Of a stretch of 64,000 nt of DNA, positions 42,301 to 57,300 are shown piece by piece (within the stretch, counting starts at the first letter, position 1; each line of letters starts with the position of its first letter). Source of the stretch: Podarcis tiliguerta (taxonomy: Eukaryota); NCBI GenBank assembly GCA_965153285.1, contig OZ229113.1; one strand, written 5' to 3'. The notes beneath the pieces are model-generated. The model was not told the origin of the DNA. It was given only the letters and a program-made list of their open reading frames with translations, and did no database searches. A program made the translations under genes and the position numbers.

Positions 42301-45300
42301 AAAATATGAGAAATGTTAAAAGCTATGTACTTTCACTACCTCTTGTCAAAATTTATTATAAATATCCAAACACTAACCTGGAGGAGGATTTAGATAGACA
42401 CTGTTACAAGTCAGCAATTTCTTTATGAACTGGAAATATTCTAGGCTGTACTGCATTCGGTTATGCATGAACTGGACATTTTGCTTCCGTACGCTTCGCT
42501 CAATGGCAGATGGCATTTTAATTTGATGGGGTTTAGTGGTCATTGTAAGTTCTGAAATATATTTTATTAGTTCATTGTCTCTGTCTACTGTGTCCAAACG
42601 TTCATAAAAGAGAATGTAAGCATTCCACCACCTCTTCTGACGTCTGTAAGACATGCGCTTCATCATATGGTCAAATACTTCTCCCATGTACTCTCCACCA
42701 AAACACTGATTTTTCATTTCTTCATCATCATCCATTTTGCATTCTGTTACATCACCATCATCAAATTTATACCACCTGTTTTTCTCACCATCTCCACCAT
42801 TTCTCTGAATTATGTAAGAGTAGTAATGTCCACCACTGGCTTGACCACTGTGCACCAATACACCAACAAGTCTGTATTTAGTACTTCCAGAATGCTCATT
42901 TTCAGACTGTTCATTCTGTATCAGCTGATTTTCAGGATTTACATCGTCCCCTTCTAGTTTAGCTACTCCTGCCACTGTATAAGGTTCCATGTCCAACTCT
43001 CGCGGAAATTCAAAATAGTCATTGAACTTGATTGCACATTCCCTTTCCCAGTCATAGTCAAATCGTTTTAGTTGGATGGCAAGAACTGGGGGCAACTTTT
43101 TAATTAGCAAGCGTTTAACTGTATCAACCTGAGGAATAAAAGATTCACATGTTAATTTATTCTATCTGTGTAAATTATCAATGCCAACTACAAATGCAAG
43201 TGAAAAATACTGCCACAATTCTTTGTCAAAGTGCTATAATATACCAAGTAACTATCAATACATTATGCATTGCATATCACAGACAAATTTGATATAATAC
43301 TGAAAAGACTGGTTTGCAGCTTTAATAGTCCTTCCTGAACTGTGGTTATGAAGTATGTAACTGTAACTCTCAGTTCTCCTACACAATGAAGCCATCTAAA
43401 ATGTTTCAGGCATGGCCAAAATTGGTCCTCCAGCTGTTTTGGGACTACAACTCCCATTATTCCTAGCTAACATGACCAAGTTTGGCCATGCCTGCATTAG
43501 GTCTTCCAAAATTAAATAAATTGTTGACACGTTCATATGAATTTTCAAAGGTTTTTTTTATATATATAAAAAGAGAAAAAGAAAAAAGAAAAAAGCTGTA
43601 TTTCAGTTACCTTCTTGTTGCATTTTTCACAATGATATGCATTTGCACCTTCCAGTAAATCTCCCTTGACGTACTGCTCCAAGGAGTCAAGCAGGTTTTG
43701 GTGATTTCTTATATCTACATTCAGCGTTGTAAAAGATTCTTCACATTCGTACCTATTAATTGTTGGCAGATTAGGTTAAGTTATGCTGACATAGTAATAG
43801 TATGAATTCAATAAAATATTTTCATCCTGAAGCAATGTTTTGAAAACAGTACCAAAAATGTGTATTTTAAGTGTACAAAACACTCAAGAAATCTGTTCCA
43901 TAGAGATTATAAATAGGCTTATGACATTTTTTTCTCAACTGTCTCAGCACAACTTTATCAGTCCTGAAAAATAGCAATAGAAACGAGTGGCTGATGACTA
44001 GCACCAAGACCTTCCTATCAGCACCCACAACTGTGATGTGTGAACAAGCAGCAAGTCAGTCTCTGAATCTGGACTTAAACTTTGGTAGGGAGTATTGTAC
44101 AGCTTAATCTGAAAATGTAAAATATCATAAAGTCTAGTATTTTGAATACACTTAAGGAACATTTAGAGTGCTTCACTATTATTTAGCATTTACACAGCAT
44201 CAGCTTTCAAAAAAGCATTTTGAAATTTCACTCAAGATATAGTACCCTATTTATTTTGATCATATTACAAATTCATTCTCCAGTTGCCTTTTGTAACCAA
44301 AACAGCACAATCCATGTACAATAGGGAGATATTACAGGCTCTAAAAATGACTTGAGGGCAAAGCTCTTTAAGGGGCAGGGGGGGAAAAACCTGAATTAAT
44401 AAGGTCTAATAAGATCACAAACTATGACCATCTTTTACAGAATGAAGTATCCTGGAAAAAGGCATGTCTGGCTGGCACCAGAAGAGGAGTGCTCCATACT
44501 GCATCATTTTGTTGCAAGTCCATCTTGTCAAACCAAATGACAAATTACAAACATTAAGTGTGGGCTCACAAAAGCATGTTGCCTTGAGTGTCAGCAGCTA
44601 TAGCCATAGAGTTGCCTAGGCTTCTCTGGGGATGTCAGCACGAACCAGGCTATACTCAGATATATAACTGATATGTAACATCTGGTGATTGCCATCTTAA
44701 TTACATCAGAAAATGTGTGTCTTGCTATCATAGAGCTGACTCTGAAATTTTTTTGGAAACTTTGGTTGATAACTTTCCTCAACATGGCTCAGAACGTTGC
44801 ATCAGCTGTATTTAGAGTAACTTGCTAATATGAACCACTCCTAAATGGTCTCTGTACTTTTCCATAAATGGGAGACTTGTGGCATATTTTTAGTGGATGC
44901 CCATTATTACTTTGATTTTATGAAAATGAGATGACAGAGAAGAAACACTTACCTATGTGGGCAGCCTTGACAGATCTTCTGATCAGCAAAGGAGCCTCCC
45001 AAAACTTTACTTAACATTGCTGGGTGACCCAAGGCTTTTAAAGCTTCATCTAGGCTATCCACCAAGGAGTTAAAAAATTCTAAAGCATCATGCTGTTCAC
45101 GTAGATTTACAGGCTCACCCCAGAGTCTAGGATGGAAGAGATTCTCATAATAAAAGCACACAGAGTTTCTAACAGCAAAATCAAGTAGCATGAAAAAATT
45201 AAAGTAGTTTACATCACTATTATATAAATTTATCTTCATATAAGCTGAGCATTACAATTAGCTAGCAATCCTCATAAGTGCTGCACAGCTCGTAAAATAC

Positions 45301-48300
45301 GTAACCTAGTACTCTGGCTTACTCGGGGTGGCACTCAGCATACACAGATAGCAGACTGGCGGTGCCCATTTGGGGAACCACAAAATGAACTCCGATAGAC
45401 AAATCACTTTGCACTGCCTTCCCCTTATTGAGGTGAGGGAGGGGCGATGTGAAATGTATTCTCAAAACTGGATGAACTCTGAAACTGGGGGGAAATGACC
45501 CAGCTCTAGTTCAGATGTAAAAAGGCTAAATGTTCAGCGTGGTAGAGATATGAGCCCATTACTGTTTACATGGGCCTGAAACTTGGGCTGTTACTCAAGT
45601 GCTCCAGCCACCTCCTCCTCCTCCAGTAGACCACTCTCATGAGTGGGGCTTGCTCATATAGAAATGTGTAAGTTCCATTTCACACTGAAGACTTTTGCCC
45701 ACTGTAGAGGAGGGTAAATGCTTGCTCCTGCCATATTTACACCCTACACAGAGGAACACAGGAAGCTGCCTTATACTGAGTCAGTCCACTGGTCCATCTA
45801 ACATACTTGTCTACACTGATTGGCAGCAGCTCTCCAGGGTTTCAGGCCAAGGTCTCTCCCAGCTGTACCTGGAGATGCCAGCCATCAAACCTGGGGCCTG
45901 CATACAAGGCAGGTGCTCTTACCCCTCAGCTATGGCCCTTCCACTCAGCCCATGTCTGAACTAGCCCAATATTTTCATCTATACAGTGATTTTCTTTCTT
46001 TCTGCATGATTGAAAAGATACACATCACACTGTCACTTAAGGAGTATATATTAAATTCCACTGCATTTCATTAAACATAAACTGTTTCTATCATAAGACT
46101 TCACATAAACACAGTTCAACGTAAGTTAACCTCCTATTTACCTGAATTGCTTCCAAAACCCTCTGGGTACATAGTACTGTAACCTAGAAGCTGCTAAGTG
46201 ACCAAAGATGACCTGGAGATGTCTTAAGACGCCTATGTTGTATTCTTTTCTGTCTTCTGTTTTACTTAAGCTTGGTTTATCTTCATACTGATGTGGATAG
46301 CCAAATACTTCATCCCGTGGGTCAACATTGCTCTTTTAAAAAAGTAATGGAATATAAATGGTAAGCATGAAAAAACAAATAGAAATTAATATGCCTTATG
46401 AACAGAACCTAGTAATGTCTGCTAGAGAAATAATAATAGTAGCTCAGATTAAATGCAAGTACATATGAAACCCTATGAAGGTTCTAACGTCAACTAAAGC
46501 AGTTCAGTTCCAAAGTCAGGGGGGTAACCTAAAGATTCTCATACATAAGCAACAGGATTGTTCAGCTTGTGATTTTTACAGATATTGAAGCATACATCAG
46601 TCTTTTCCAATTACTTTTTTCAGCAAGTCCAAAACACCATGACTGTGCCATGCATAGGAAGCTCCTCCTACCCTTGTGAGAGGCTTTTCAAAGGACTAGA
46701 AAGCCATATTGCACCCACTTGCATCCACCTATGTATGTTGACATCTATGCTCATGTACAAAAACAAAACTTATGGGAAGCAGCCCTCATGGTTTATTTAT
46801 TTTTACTCTTTTTTCAAAGTAAATACAATCAAGATGATTTATTGTCATTATACGTTTATCCCTTTACCCATTATAAAGGTAAAGGTAAAGGTACCCCTGC
46901 CCGTACGGGCCAGTCTTGACAGACTCTAGGGTTGTGCGCCCATCTCACTCAAGAGGCCGGGGGCCAGCGCTGTCCGAAGACACTTCCGGGTCACGTGGCC
47001 AGCGTGACATCGCTGCTCTGGCCAGCCAGAGCCGCACACGGAAACGCCGTTTACCTTCCCGCTAGTAAGCGGTCCCTATTTATCTACTTGCACCCGGGGG
47101 TGCTTTCGAACTGCTAGGTTGGCAGGTGCTGGGACCGAACAACGGGAGCGCACCCCGCCGCGGGGATTCGAACCGCCGACCTTTCGATCGGCAAGCCCTA
47201 GGTGCTGAGGCTTTTACCCACAGCGCCACCCGCGTCCCCTTACCCATTATAATTGACCTTTATTACTAAATCTCATATACCGAAAAGAGGGAAAGGTTAC
47301 TTTAATTAATAACAACCACCAAAGAGTTATTTTTATTACTTATTGACAATAATAAGTGTCTTATGGCACTTTAAAGACTAACAGAAAGCTTCTGCCGTAA
47401 TCAATATGCTAGTCTTTAAGGTGTCATAAGACTGTTTTTGCTTAAGAAAACTAGCACATCAATTCTTCAAAAATTGCTACATTTTATTGAAATTACGCTT
47501 TCTACAGCTGTCTATGTAAAAAAAAATTGCAGATTAATTAATAAAAAAGCTAAATAAAATGTATCACTAACATTATTAAAGAATAGTTCCAGAAATCAAT
47601 CGAACTACTCTGAGTATGACCTTACTTGGGTGTCACCCAACGGGTTGAGATCTTTGTGTTTAATTAAACAATAAAAAGCAGCATGGGACTACCAACTTTT
47701 GATTGCTTATTTATAGCAATATCAATTGTTTTGATAGTGGGCATTCTATTGTGTTGCACCAGTTTGGAATTGTTCTCCGGTTTTCACAAACAGTATCACT
47801 TTATGGTCTCCCCCACCCCCAGAGGCCATAAATTCCTTTTTATTTCTCTTTAAGTCATCTATCAATTCTGAGTATGTGTAAAGTTGAATATCTCCCATTA
47901 TAACTAGATATACAGTATACAGTATAGAGCTACTACATTAGAATTTGTCAAGAACAATATAGTGTTACCTCGTTGTCTTGCTTCTCATCTCCAGACATAT
48001 CATCATCTACGTCACTTCCTGTGCCTTCAATTGCAAGGATTCCATTCCTGATGGCAGGAATCATGTACAGCTGCTGAATGACAGAATTCATGTAGCAAGT
48101 GGCACCTGCATTTTTTAGCCCTACAAATCCCTTTGGTGGTCGTGGTCCAACAGGTGGAAGATACTCCCATTCTGTTAGTGCTTCACAAGCTAGGAGAAAT
48201 CAATTGTATTAGAAAATTAGCTCAGCTTCTGAATAAAACTATACACTGCTGAATAGCCATTACCTTAATACTCTAGTACTGAATAAGTTCATTTTAAAGC

Positions 48301-51300
48301 CTGTTCCAGTGATCAATGAGACTTACTAAGTATATATTCTTATTCCAGTCCTTGGCACACAAAATCTCAGATTTGATATTTGCATTTAATCAAAATGAAG
48401 CCTACAATAAAAAGCAGCTAAAAATTGAGTCCTTAAATCAGGGATAGTCAACATGGTGCCCACCAAGTGTTTTTGACACTACACTGCCTACTCCTGTTTT
48501 AAATAACTATACTATTTAGAGATCACTAGCATTCTTGAGAGATTTGTAAATCAATTTATTAGCTTGCTTATACAAGGCCTGTAAACAAATGGGACAGGAT
48601 TCAAAGATCTATGGTGGGTCTTTGCACCAATGGGAACACCTCCTTCGATGTATTTTCCCTGCCCCCCCCCAAAAAAAACCACACACACAACAACCTTAGA
48701 CCATTGGGTACCTCTGAAGCATTCTCAGATGTCACTAATATCCTTTACTGAAATGCAAAATCCTACTACAAATGCCTATGCCTATACAGGAACTGCTTCA
48801 ATATGCAAAGCATGCATCCCAACCATAGATACTATTCTCTATGCATTTCATCTTAGGAATTATAATTAATATATCTGGCAATTATTTCAAGGAAAAGACA
48901 AATGATTATATCCAATGTCAATTAGAATACTCAATGACATTAATGGACTTGTTACTTGTCACTGATTTCAAATGGGTCTACAACATTCGATATCAAACAA
49001 AATACCATTTTGGAAAAGCAAAAAGTATATGCAATTATTTGATTTCCAATAATGTCTAAAGCATGACAAATACTTAAATCAATATAAGCTTCATATTAAA
49101 TATAGCATAAAATCTATGAAAAGTACTTACTAGTTATTGCGGTGCCTATATAATACATTTCAGTCAAAGTATCTACTATTTGTTTGAGATTTCGGACACA
49201 GCCCACTGCAAGTGCTACTAGCAACTCAAATCCAGCATTAATGGTAGCTGGGGAACTACAGACTGGTATGGCCTGCTCAGCGGGCAATTCTCCATTCCTC
49301 ATGTACTGTAAGTAAACATTCGAGGCTGGAAAGATGAAATCATCTATTAACTCCTGAAAAACAAAAAAGGGAAAGGGGAAAAAATCAAGTTATCCATAAT
49401 TTAATTGCCATTTATATACTGTTCTTAATTCAAAACAGCAAAGTGGTCAACACATAAACAGTTAAAATACACAATGAGAAATACATTAAAAAATTACAAA
49501 CACATCTCATAACTTCAAACAATAGCAAGACAATACAATTCAATAGATTATTCCACAACTCAAAAAGATTCAAAATCCAGTAAGAAAGCCCGAGTGAAGA
49601 GTGTCAAAGTGTTTACTGATGATGCTAGACACACCTCCAGAGGAAGGGAATTCCACAAGAAGGGCATCACAAATGAGAAGGCCCTTGCCTGGGTCTCATT
49701 CACCAGCAGCACTCAGAAAAGGGCCCCCTCCAAAGATCTCAATGGCCCGTCTAACACATACAGAAAAATGTGTTCTATCACACAGGCAATACCTGAGCCA
49801 GAATTACCTACCACCACAAAATGTCTCATGAATTTAAACCTTTGGGGGTCAACTGCTAGAAGGAACGGAAGCCTGAACAAGGATTCCAAGGCAAAAAGGA
49901 AACCTAGCACCATTTTCCTGAGTCTAAGAAACAGCCCACTCGCCCTCAATAATACCCAATACACCCAATCCTAGCCCTTCCAATCCTTTAGCCATGCTCC
50001 AGCATGATCAAAATTCATAGGAAATGTTTTTAAAAACCCACAATGAGTAGCACACTGAATTGAGCCAATCTATTACTGTACGGTAATGCTAAATCATGCA
50101 ACTCTGCCTGCCCTGGGCAGTACAAAGGGACAAGTCATCAATGAAGTCCTTCCTTACATTAATCTGAGAAGTTCTGAATTCCAGCTTTATCTCACAGTAT
50201 AATCCACCATTCACTTTTGCCTTTGATTTGTTAAAAAGTGGGTTTCTCACAAGATTATCAGAAGCAATTTTATGATGGACTGAATTCGTACATTTCTATA
50301 AAAACCATTTCCTGGTCTCCTAAAAAATATTCAAATTTAATTAAATCTATATGTTTGTTTACAAGTTCATCCTTACCAAGCTACTTCATTATGATTTTAG
50401 TTTTTTCCATATAACAATTACTTACTTTAATGAGATTAGCACCTCCTTTTTCACATCCAATATGGTACTTTTTTTCAGGAGTTTGAAATGCCAATAATTC
50501 CTTTGTTACTCCAAGGTGACCTTCCAAGATAGTCTCTTCTACACCTGTTTCTCCTGTTCTTTTCACTTCATCCTAACAAAAGAAAAGAAAAAGAAAGAAA
50601 AAACGCTGTGTCACGAGTTCTGGGAACTCACTTTAAAATGAAAATATATACTGCTACAACTCATTACAAATATGCTCCCACCTTTCTGTCATATAAACAT
50701 GGCAGCTAAAACATAAATGTTAACAGATAAAACAATCAGTAAAATGAATAAAACTAACAACAAAACTTACCCTAATCCTTTTAAGCCAGTCTATTTCATT
50801 ATTAAGCAGAACTTCAGCATTGGGCACATTAATATTACTATTGTATGCATAATTAAGAAGATGTCTTAATAGAGTAAAGTAGTCCCCTGAATGCTTAGCA
50901 CGTTCTCGTGCAGTACTCTGTAAGAGAAAGAGGTCATGAGTAAATTCGAAAAGGTAGTTTACATTAACAGCAACACAGAATGATTCTTAAAACAAGAGTG
51001 GCGACCTCTTTATCCCTTCTCCATCACTTGACATGTAAGGGAGAGGTGGGTCTTGCAAGCAAAGACAACATGGAGACTTCTCCAGGAAACTGCCTTTACT
51101 TGACATTGGGGAGGAGACTTGCAAAAACCTTTGCAGATCTGTCTCTCCCCCCCCCCCCACCTTTCCCTTTTAAATACCTGATATTACATGGATCTAGCTC
51201 CCATCTCTACTCTTCGCTCATTAGCTGGTGTGGAGATTAAATCCTAATGTCTAGATGGTGTGATCCTCTTGTCTGCTGGGACCAGGATTGCACTACTGCA

Positions 51301-54300
51301 GTATTGAATCCTGCCCTTTCACCTACCTGCTGACATTGCTAGTGATGACGGCTGATGAGTGGGTGGCCATGATTTGCGGGGGGAAACCTGGAGGGCCAAA
51401 TGGACTGCCTGGAAGACCAAGATTAGCCTGTGGGACCAATGTCCCACACCCCCAATGTAGTTCAGAATCCTGTTCTCACAGTTGGCCTATGCAACCAGAT
51501 GGCCTATGCAAAGTCCCCAAGAATGACCTGAGTGCATACTGCTCTGATAGCATGAATCTGTCAAATCCCTTTTTAAAACCATCCAAGTTGGTGGCCATCA
51601 TAGTTTACCTATGCTCTCCCTAACTAATGACCATGTGGGAGCTGATGGGAGTTGCAGTCCAACAATACCTGTAGTATCACAGGTTAGCCATCTGTCAAAC
51701 AGTCCAAAAATGTAGATTATAAATGTAATTGGAGATTTAAAGAAATTAACACAACCACTGGGTTGCATCCAAAAGCAAGGTTAATGTCAGCTGCCTCAAC
51801 CCAAGTTTCAGCAATTCCGCCTCTCACTGTGCCCCACCAACACACTCCAGACCTTTCATGAAGGTCCACCAACCCCCAAGAGGGACTTTTGGGGGCACAG
51901 AGGGGGGAAATGCCACACTGCGAAAGCAACCTTCTTTCTACATCAATTGGCTGCAAATCAAAGGGCTCCAATTCAAACCACCGATTTGTTTTCATATGTA
52001 TACCGATTTGTGGACCTGGTTTCAAAGCTAGGAACAGCTCTAGTTAATTGTAGAATTAATCATGACACTGGTATCAGTGATAAAATGCTTGAGGCTCATA
52101 ACACTGAATGTGGGGCTCAGAAGGAAAAGAAAATGCAATACATAATCCTATCTTAATTTCTGTATTTCAAGTATTATCTGTTAACTGCACTGAGCTATTG
52201 GAAAGTATCTATAAAAATCTATTGCAGGAAATTCTTATAGACATTAGTATAAGTAACAATGTGAAAGTTTTAAATGCCTTACCCCTAAAACGGTGAACAA
52301 CAGAGTTATAAAGAAAAGCAGAGGTCTCTGTCCCATACAACATCTGGTAGCCATTAGGAAGAACTGTTCCTGTGCCATCTGACGAACAGTTCTGGAAAAA
52401 AATTAACCAGAGAAAAATCAAATTAATACAGATACTTTGTAAACAAGACAAATCTTATTTGAGATTTGCTGGACAGTTTCCCTGCATGTTCATCAGGAGT
52501 GTCATTGCTTTCCCAGTTCCTAGGATTCAGGGGAGAGGAATTTAATTTGAAATGTACATTATGAAGGTGCTGTCAGATTCCAAAGAGACCACTGGAGATG
52601 AGGGTCTTTCCAAGTAGCAGTGGGCATGCAGACTTGGAGGTAGAAGGGTGACAAGTGAAGCTGTGTTATGTGACAGCACTTGAACCAAAAAGGACCAAAT
52701 GCAATGGCACTTTTAAGTTATTTAGTTGTCAGAAAACAAAAACAAGAGCCTGAACACCAGGTCCATAAAGGACAAGAGATCACCTGTCCTTTCTGATGAA
52801 TGTTAAATGTGGAATCTATGATAGCCCACAAATTGGTTTTGATAGTGTAGAATCAAGGATGTCCACCACATCTGTAATGTTTTGGGGAATTACAAATATA
52901 GATATTTGAGAATCGTTCTTTAAGAGATAAGACATAGCCAGTTGTGGGCACACTTCATCTGAAATGTTGAGAGTTTATGACATCATGATTGTTGCTGCTC
53001 TCCTCTGGCTTCTAGCTGAAAATCTGGATTTATTAGGTGGGATTGACCTAACCAGTCCTATCAGTGAAAGCTCTGTGCAGTCACATTTGCTTGTACAGAA
53101 GGGCTTTTGCCTTTTCTTCCCCCACCCCCCTGTGCATCTCCTGAGATTGGCTCAGAAAATGAAAATAAAAAACATCACCATACCACAGTTATAGTGATAG
53201 CCATTATGATCTAGAGATATACAAATGAAATCACAGCCCAGCAAGTGTACTTTGAATTGAGCATCTACAGTCACCTGCTGCCACCTGGAGTCAGCAACTG
53301 TGAGATGAAAAAAAAACCACTTACTTGCTGTGACAGTGCAACAACAAGTCAATGATAAATGTCTGCCAAGCTTTTTCTTTGCTAAGTGCATCCAGCGCTG
53401 TTGGAATCAAGGCAAAACAAAGGGTCATCACTTCGAGTGCTTCACAGCAAACTTGCTCATCTTCTGCATCTGGTTCATTGCCTGCATTTGTCTGTAAAAT
53501 TAATCAGAAATAAGTAGCATGAAATAGGAATGAAAGAAGAACTAATGATTTTCTTAACTGTTCCCTTCAGATACAAACCAATACTGAGGACAAACATCTA
53601 CTTACTACAACCCACAGCCTGAGTAAGGCCTACAACTGAAACAGGAATTAATAATAATCTGATATCTTATTTATAGCCACACATACAAACATGAATTCTG
53701 ACACAATGCTGAAATTATGTGAAAGGGGAAAGGCATTAGTGAAAAGTCAGGGGGAATATAGTAATAAATAAAAAATATTTTTTAAATTTATAGCCTGCCC
53801 ATCTGGCTGGGTTTCCCCAGCCACTCTGGGCAGCTTACAACATATATAAAATATATATGATATATATATGTTAGGATAGGATAGGATGGCCCTTATCAAA
53901 GATCAGTTTGAGAAAAAAGGTTGCTTAGGATTTCTTACCTTCTCATAAATTTTACTAATATCCTCATTTGAACTGAATACCAGCTGTACTGATCCACATC
54001 CTGAAGCCCAAACTATTTTCTGCACTGCTCTGATAACACAAATATCAGGGATATATTTTGAAGCCTAAAAATAGAAAGATAGCATCAAATATAACTGTTC
54101 CAAATGTTTTTACTTCAGGGAGAAAGAAGCATAGAGAGCAAGAGTAAAAAAAGCAAACACTTAATACATTTTCCACAAATCTGAATCCACGAGAGTCTGT
54201 ATTCGTGCACCGGAGGCTGAAGCTCATACTAAGTCCATGTGGCCCTGTACTGTCAACTGGAGAAGTGGTTCTCCAGGGTCTCTAGCCAAAGTCTCTCTCA

Positions 54301-57300
54301 TCACCTACTACCATATATTTTTAAAACGGCACTGAGATTTCTGAATGCAAAGTATGTGCTCCTCTCAAAAGGGAGAGTATCCTGGCGCAGGGATACGAAT
54401 CAGCAACTACAGAACCAGGAAGCGTTAAGGTGTGACCATAGGAAGCACCTTGGTGTCAGGTTGCACACTAGAGACAGGCTTCCATTAAGGATATATAAGC
54501 AACTGCTGAGGAAAGTACAGATTCTCCTCTCCCACTCCCCAAGTCACTGCCTTAAGCCTAAATCCAGGAACTGAGGGAATAGTGAAAACTATACTAACCT
54601 CATCAGATATTTGCTGTGCAAGGCGTATTGCTACATTTCTTAGCATGCACTCTGAGGTTGGGTTGGGAATGTTCTGTAGAGCAGTTTGCAACACCACGGC
54701 TTGATCATGAGTTGCTTGGTTGATCTGGAACAATTTATTTTCAATATTTTAAAGAAAGAACATACCATCTTCAACTGTAAACATTTAAGATGGTGGAGAA
54801 AAAAATATTTCCACAGCCATTTACAAATTAAGCAATACTAGTCAATATCAGGCTTTAAATATTTACTGGTTATCAGATCACAATAAAGCATTTACGATTT
54901 TGCTTTAAGAACAAAGTTAACATTACCTGTGACATTGGGCTTGTGCCCTCTACAACTGGCTGACAAGCTTCCGCCACAGCTCTCACATGGCCATAGCCAA
55001 TTGCAGTTAGCAATAGTTTTGCTATTTTTAGAGCATTTAGGTAGGCACCCCTTCTTGTTTCCATATCTGCATTTGGCAGGAAGTTATTTCTGGTCAGCAT
55101 ACTCAGCACAAGAGGTAAGCCACCACTTTTTAAGAAGTTGTACTGGAAGTCAGTGGCATCTTCTCCCAGAGGTAAATTGGCAGGCATTAACAAGGCATAA
55201 ACTACCTACAAGGGGGAAAGAAATGGGAGAAAGAAAACAGGAAAAATAATTCAGCAAACTTTTAAACTAAGTATACTGAAAGATGAGAGGATGGTTTTTG
55301 CATATTTGTTTCCTTTACATTTTGTGATGAAGCTCTTTTCTCCATGAGCAACCTTCCCCACAATCCAGGCCTGTGGGAAGGCCTTGCAGTACAGTCATAA
55401 CCTCGTGTTGCGTTAGGTTCATGTTGTGTCTTTTCGGCTTGCGAATGCAGCAAACCCGGAAGTGTATACATCCAGGTTTTGCCGCACGTGCACACGCAGA
55501 AATTCTCTATCGCGCTCCACGCAGAAGCGCCGCTCTAGTTGCGGACTTTTCAGGATGCAAACGGCACCCTGGAGAGGATCGTGTCCGCAACTAGACTGTA
55601 CTCTGTAATTTGGGTGTGATCCCTGAATTCAGGGTAAAAATCATACTAGAAGAAAATTTTCAAATATCAAAATATTAAAAATGAGATATTACAAACCTCT
55701 GTAAGATATAGCACTTGTGATGCAGAAGGGCCGAAGAAAAGAGAATCAAGGGATGGACTAAGGCTGCTGTCTCCGAGTTTTGCATGGTCTAAACAAATAG
55801 CTCTTAGTTTTTCTACAGTAGTGTTATCTGGAATAAAAGCACAATTTAAAGATGTTTCTTCCCACAGAGAATACAATATAGATTTCTGAAGCACTTTTGG
55901 AAAGTGTAATACATTGAAACTGAAAAGGAAGAGATAGCACTGAAGAACATGGAGATTTTTTGTCTTTTTTCCTTTGAAAATCACATTTTGCTTCAATGCT
56001 GCAAACTGGAGAGATGGCATGCACTAGAAATTTTCCATGACCACCTCTTTCAGCATGTGTCTTCAAAGAACCCCAAAACCAGTTTGAGGAAAAGCAGCTT
56101 GATACTCGCTTTTGAACTTTCTGGAGTGGAAATGGCAACAGTGTGTGCACTATTGCTCTGACTACTGCTTTTAAACACTCACACTGGTGAATCCCCACAC
56201 TGATTTTGAACATGGATAGTTAAACATGCAGTTTGATTGTTTTGTACAGGTAGCTTCTAAGATGCTCTACATTTCACTTTCTATAAATAGAAAATACACT
56301 GAAAATAAATTTTACCTGGTGGCATCAATTTCATAAGGATCCGTGCACCATCTCTAAGAGGTGGCATATTTAGGCTACAGCCTAGGTCTGCAACTTGCCA
56401 AAGAAACGAGATATATCTAGGATGCAGTGACATGATCTAAAATAAAAGTAAAAACCTGTCATGAGATACCAGCTCCTAATATCAGATAATAAATTTCAGT
56501 CTATAATTTTGAGTGTGTGTCTGTTCTTTACTTACAACTCCAGGCAAGCAACTTTCAACTTCTGGGTTTGGACCATCACTATAGTGATTGCCATGGTTGC
56601 CTGGAGAACCAGTCGAGGAATCAGATGAGCTATCGGGGCTTGAAGGCATATTGGAACTTATCTGTGTAAGCTTGGCTGTAATTAGCTGGGGGGTGGGGAG
56701 TAATAGAAAGTGATAAAATGGAGAGATTGCACAAAATTGTTAAAACAGTTATCTTTCTAATAGCAAACTTGACTGAATATATTAAACTGTTAATACTATA
56801 GCTACTCACAAAACATGCCATTATTAAAAATTATCAAAAGTAAGTAAGCTGATCAATATATGATATTTACAGTACTTACTGTTTTATCTTTGAGATTTAA
56901 TTGTCCAATTAATTTTCTATCATCTGCCGGATCTACTAGCTCGCCTCCAATAAATAACTCTACTTTTGTATGTGCACTGTTGGCTTTAATACGATTGAGA
57001 ATGCAACGTCTAACTGAACCAATCGTGTCATTTGTATGGGACCAAACATCCAAGTCTTCCACTTGCCGGCCTTGATTTGGAAAACGAACTACCAGAGAGA
57101 TGTGTTTACCACGAAAAGCTCTGAGAAAAAAGATAAAGATAAAACCAATTAAAACAATCAAAAATCTTTAAAAGCGTTTACTACTGCCAGGGAGAATTAT
57201 AGAACTAAATTTATATTTGGGCAATGCCTTTAATAGGCCAGCCAAAATGTCACATTAGAACAATACCTAATAATTGTTCCAATAGCGGTATTTTGCTGAC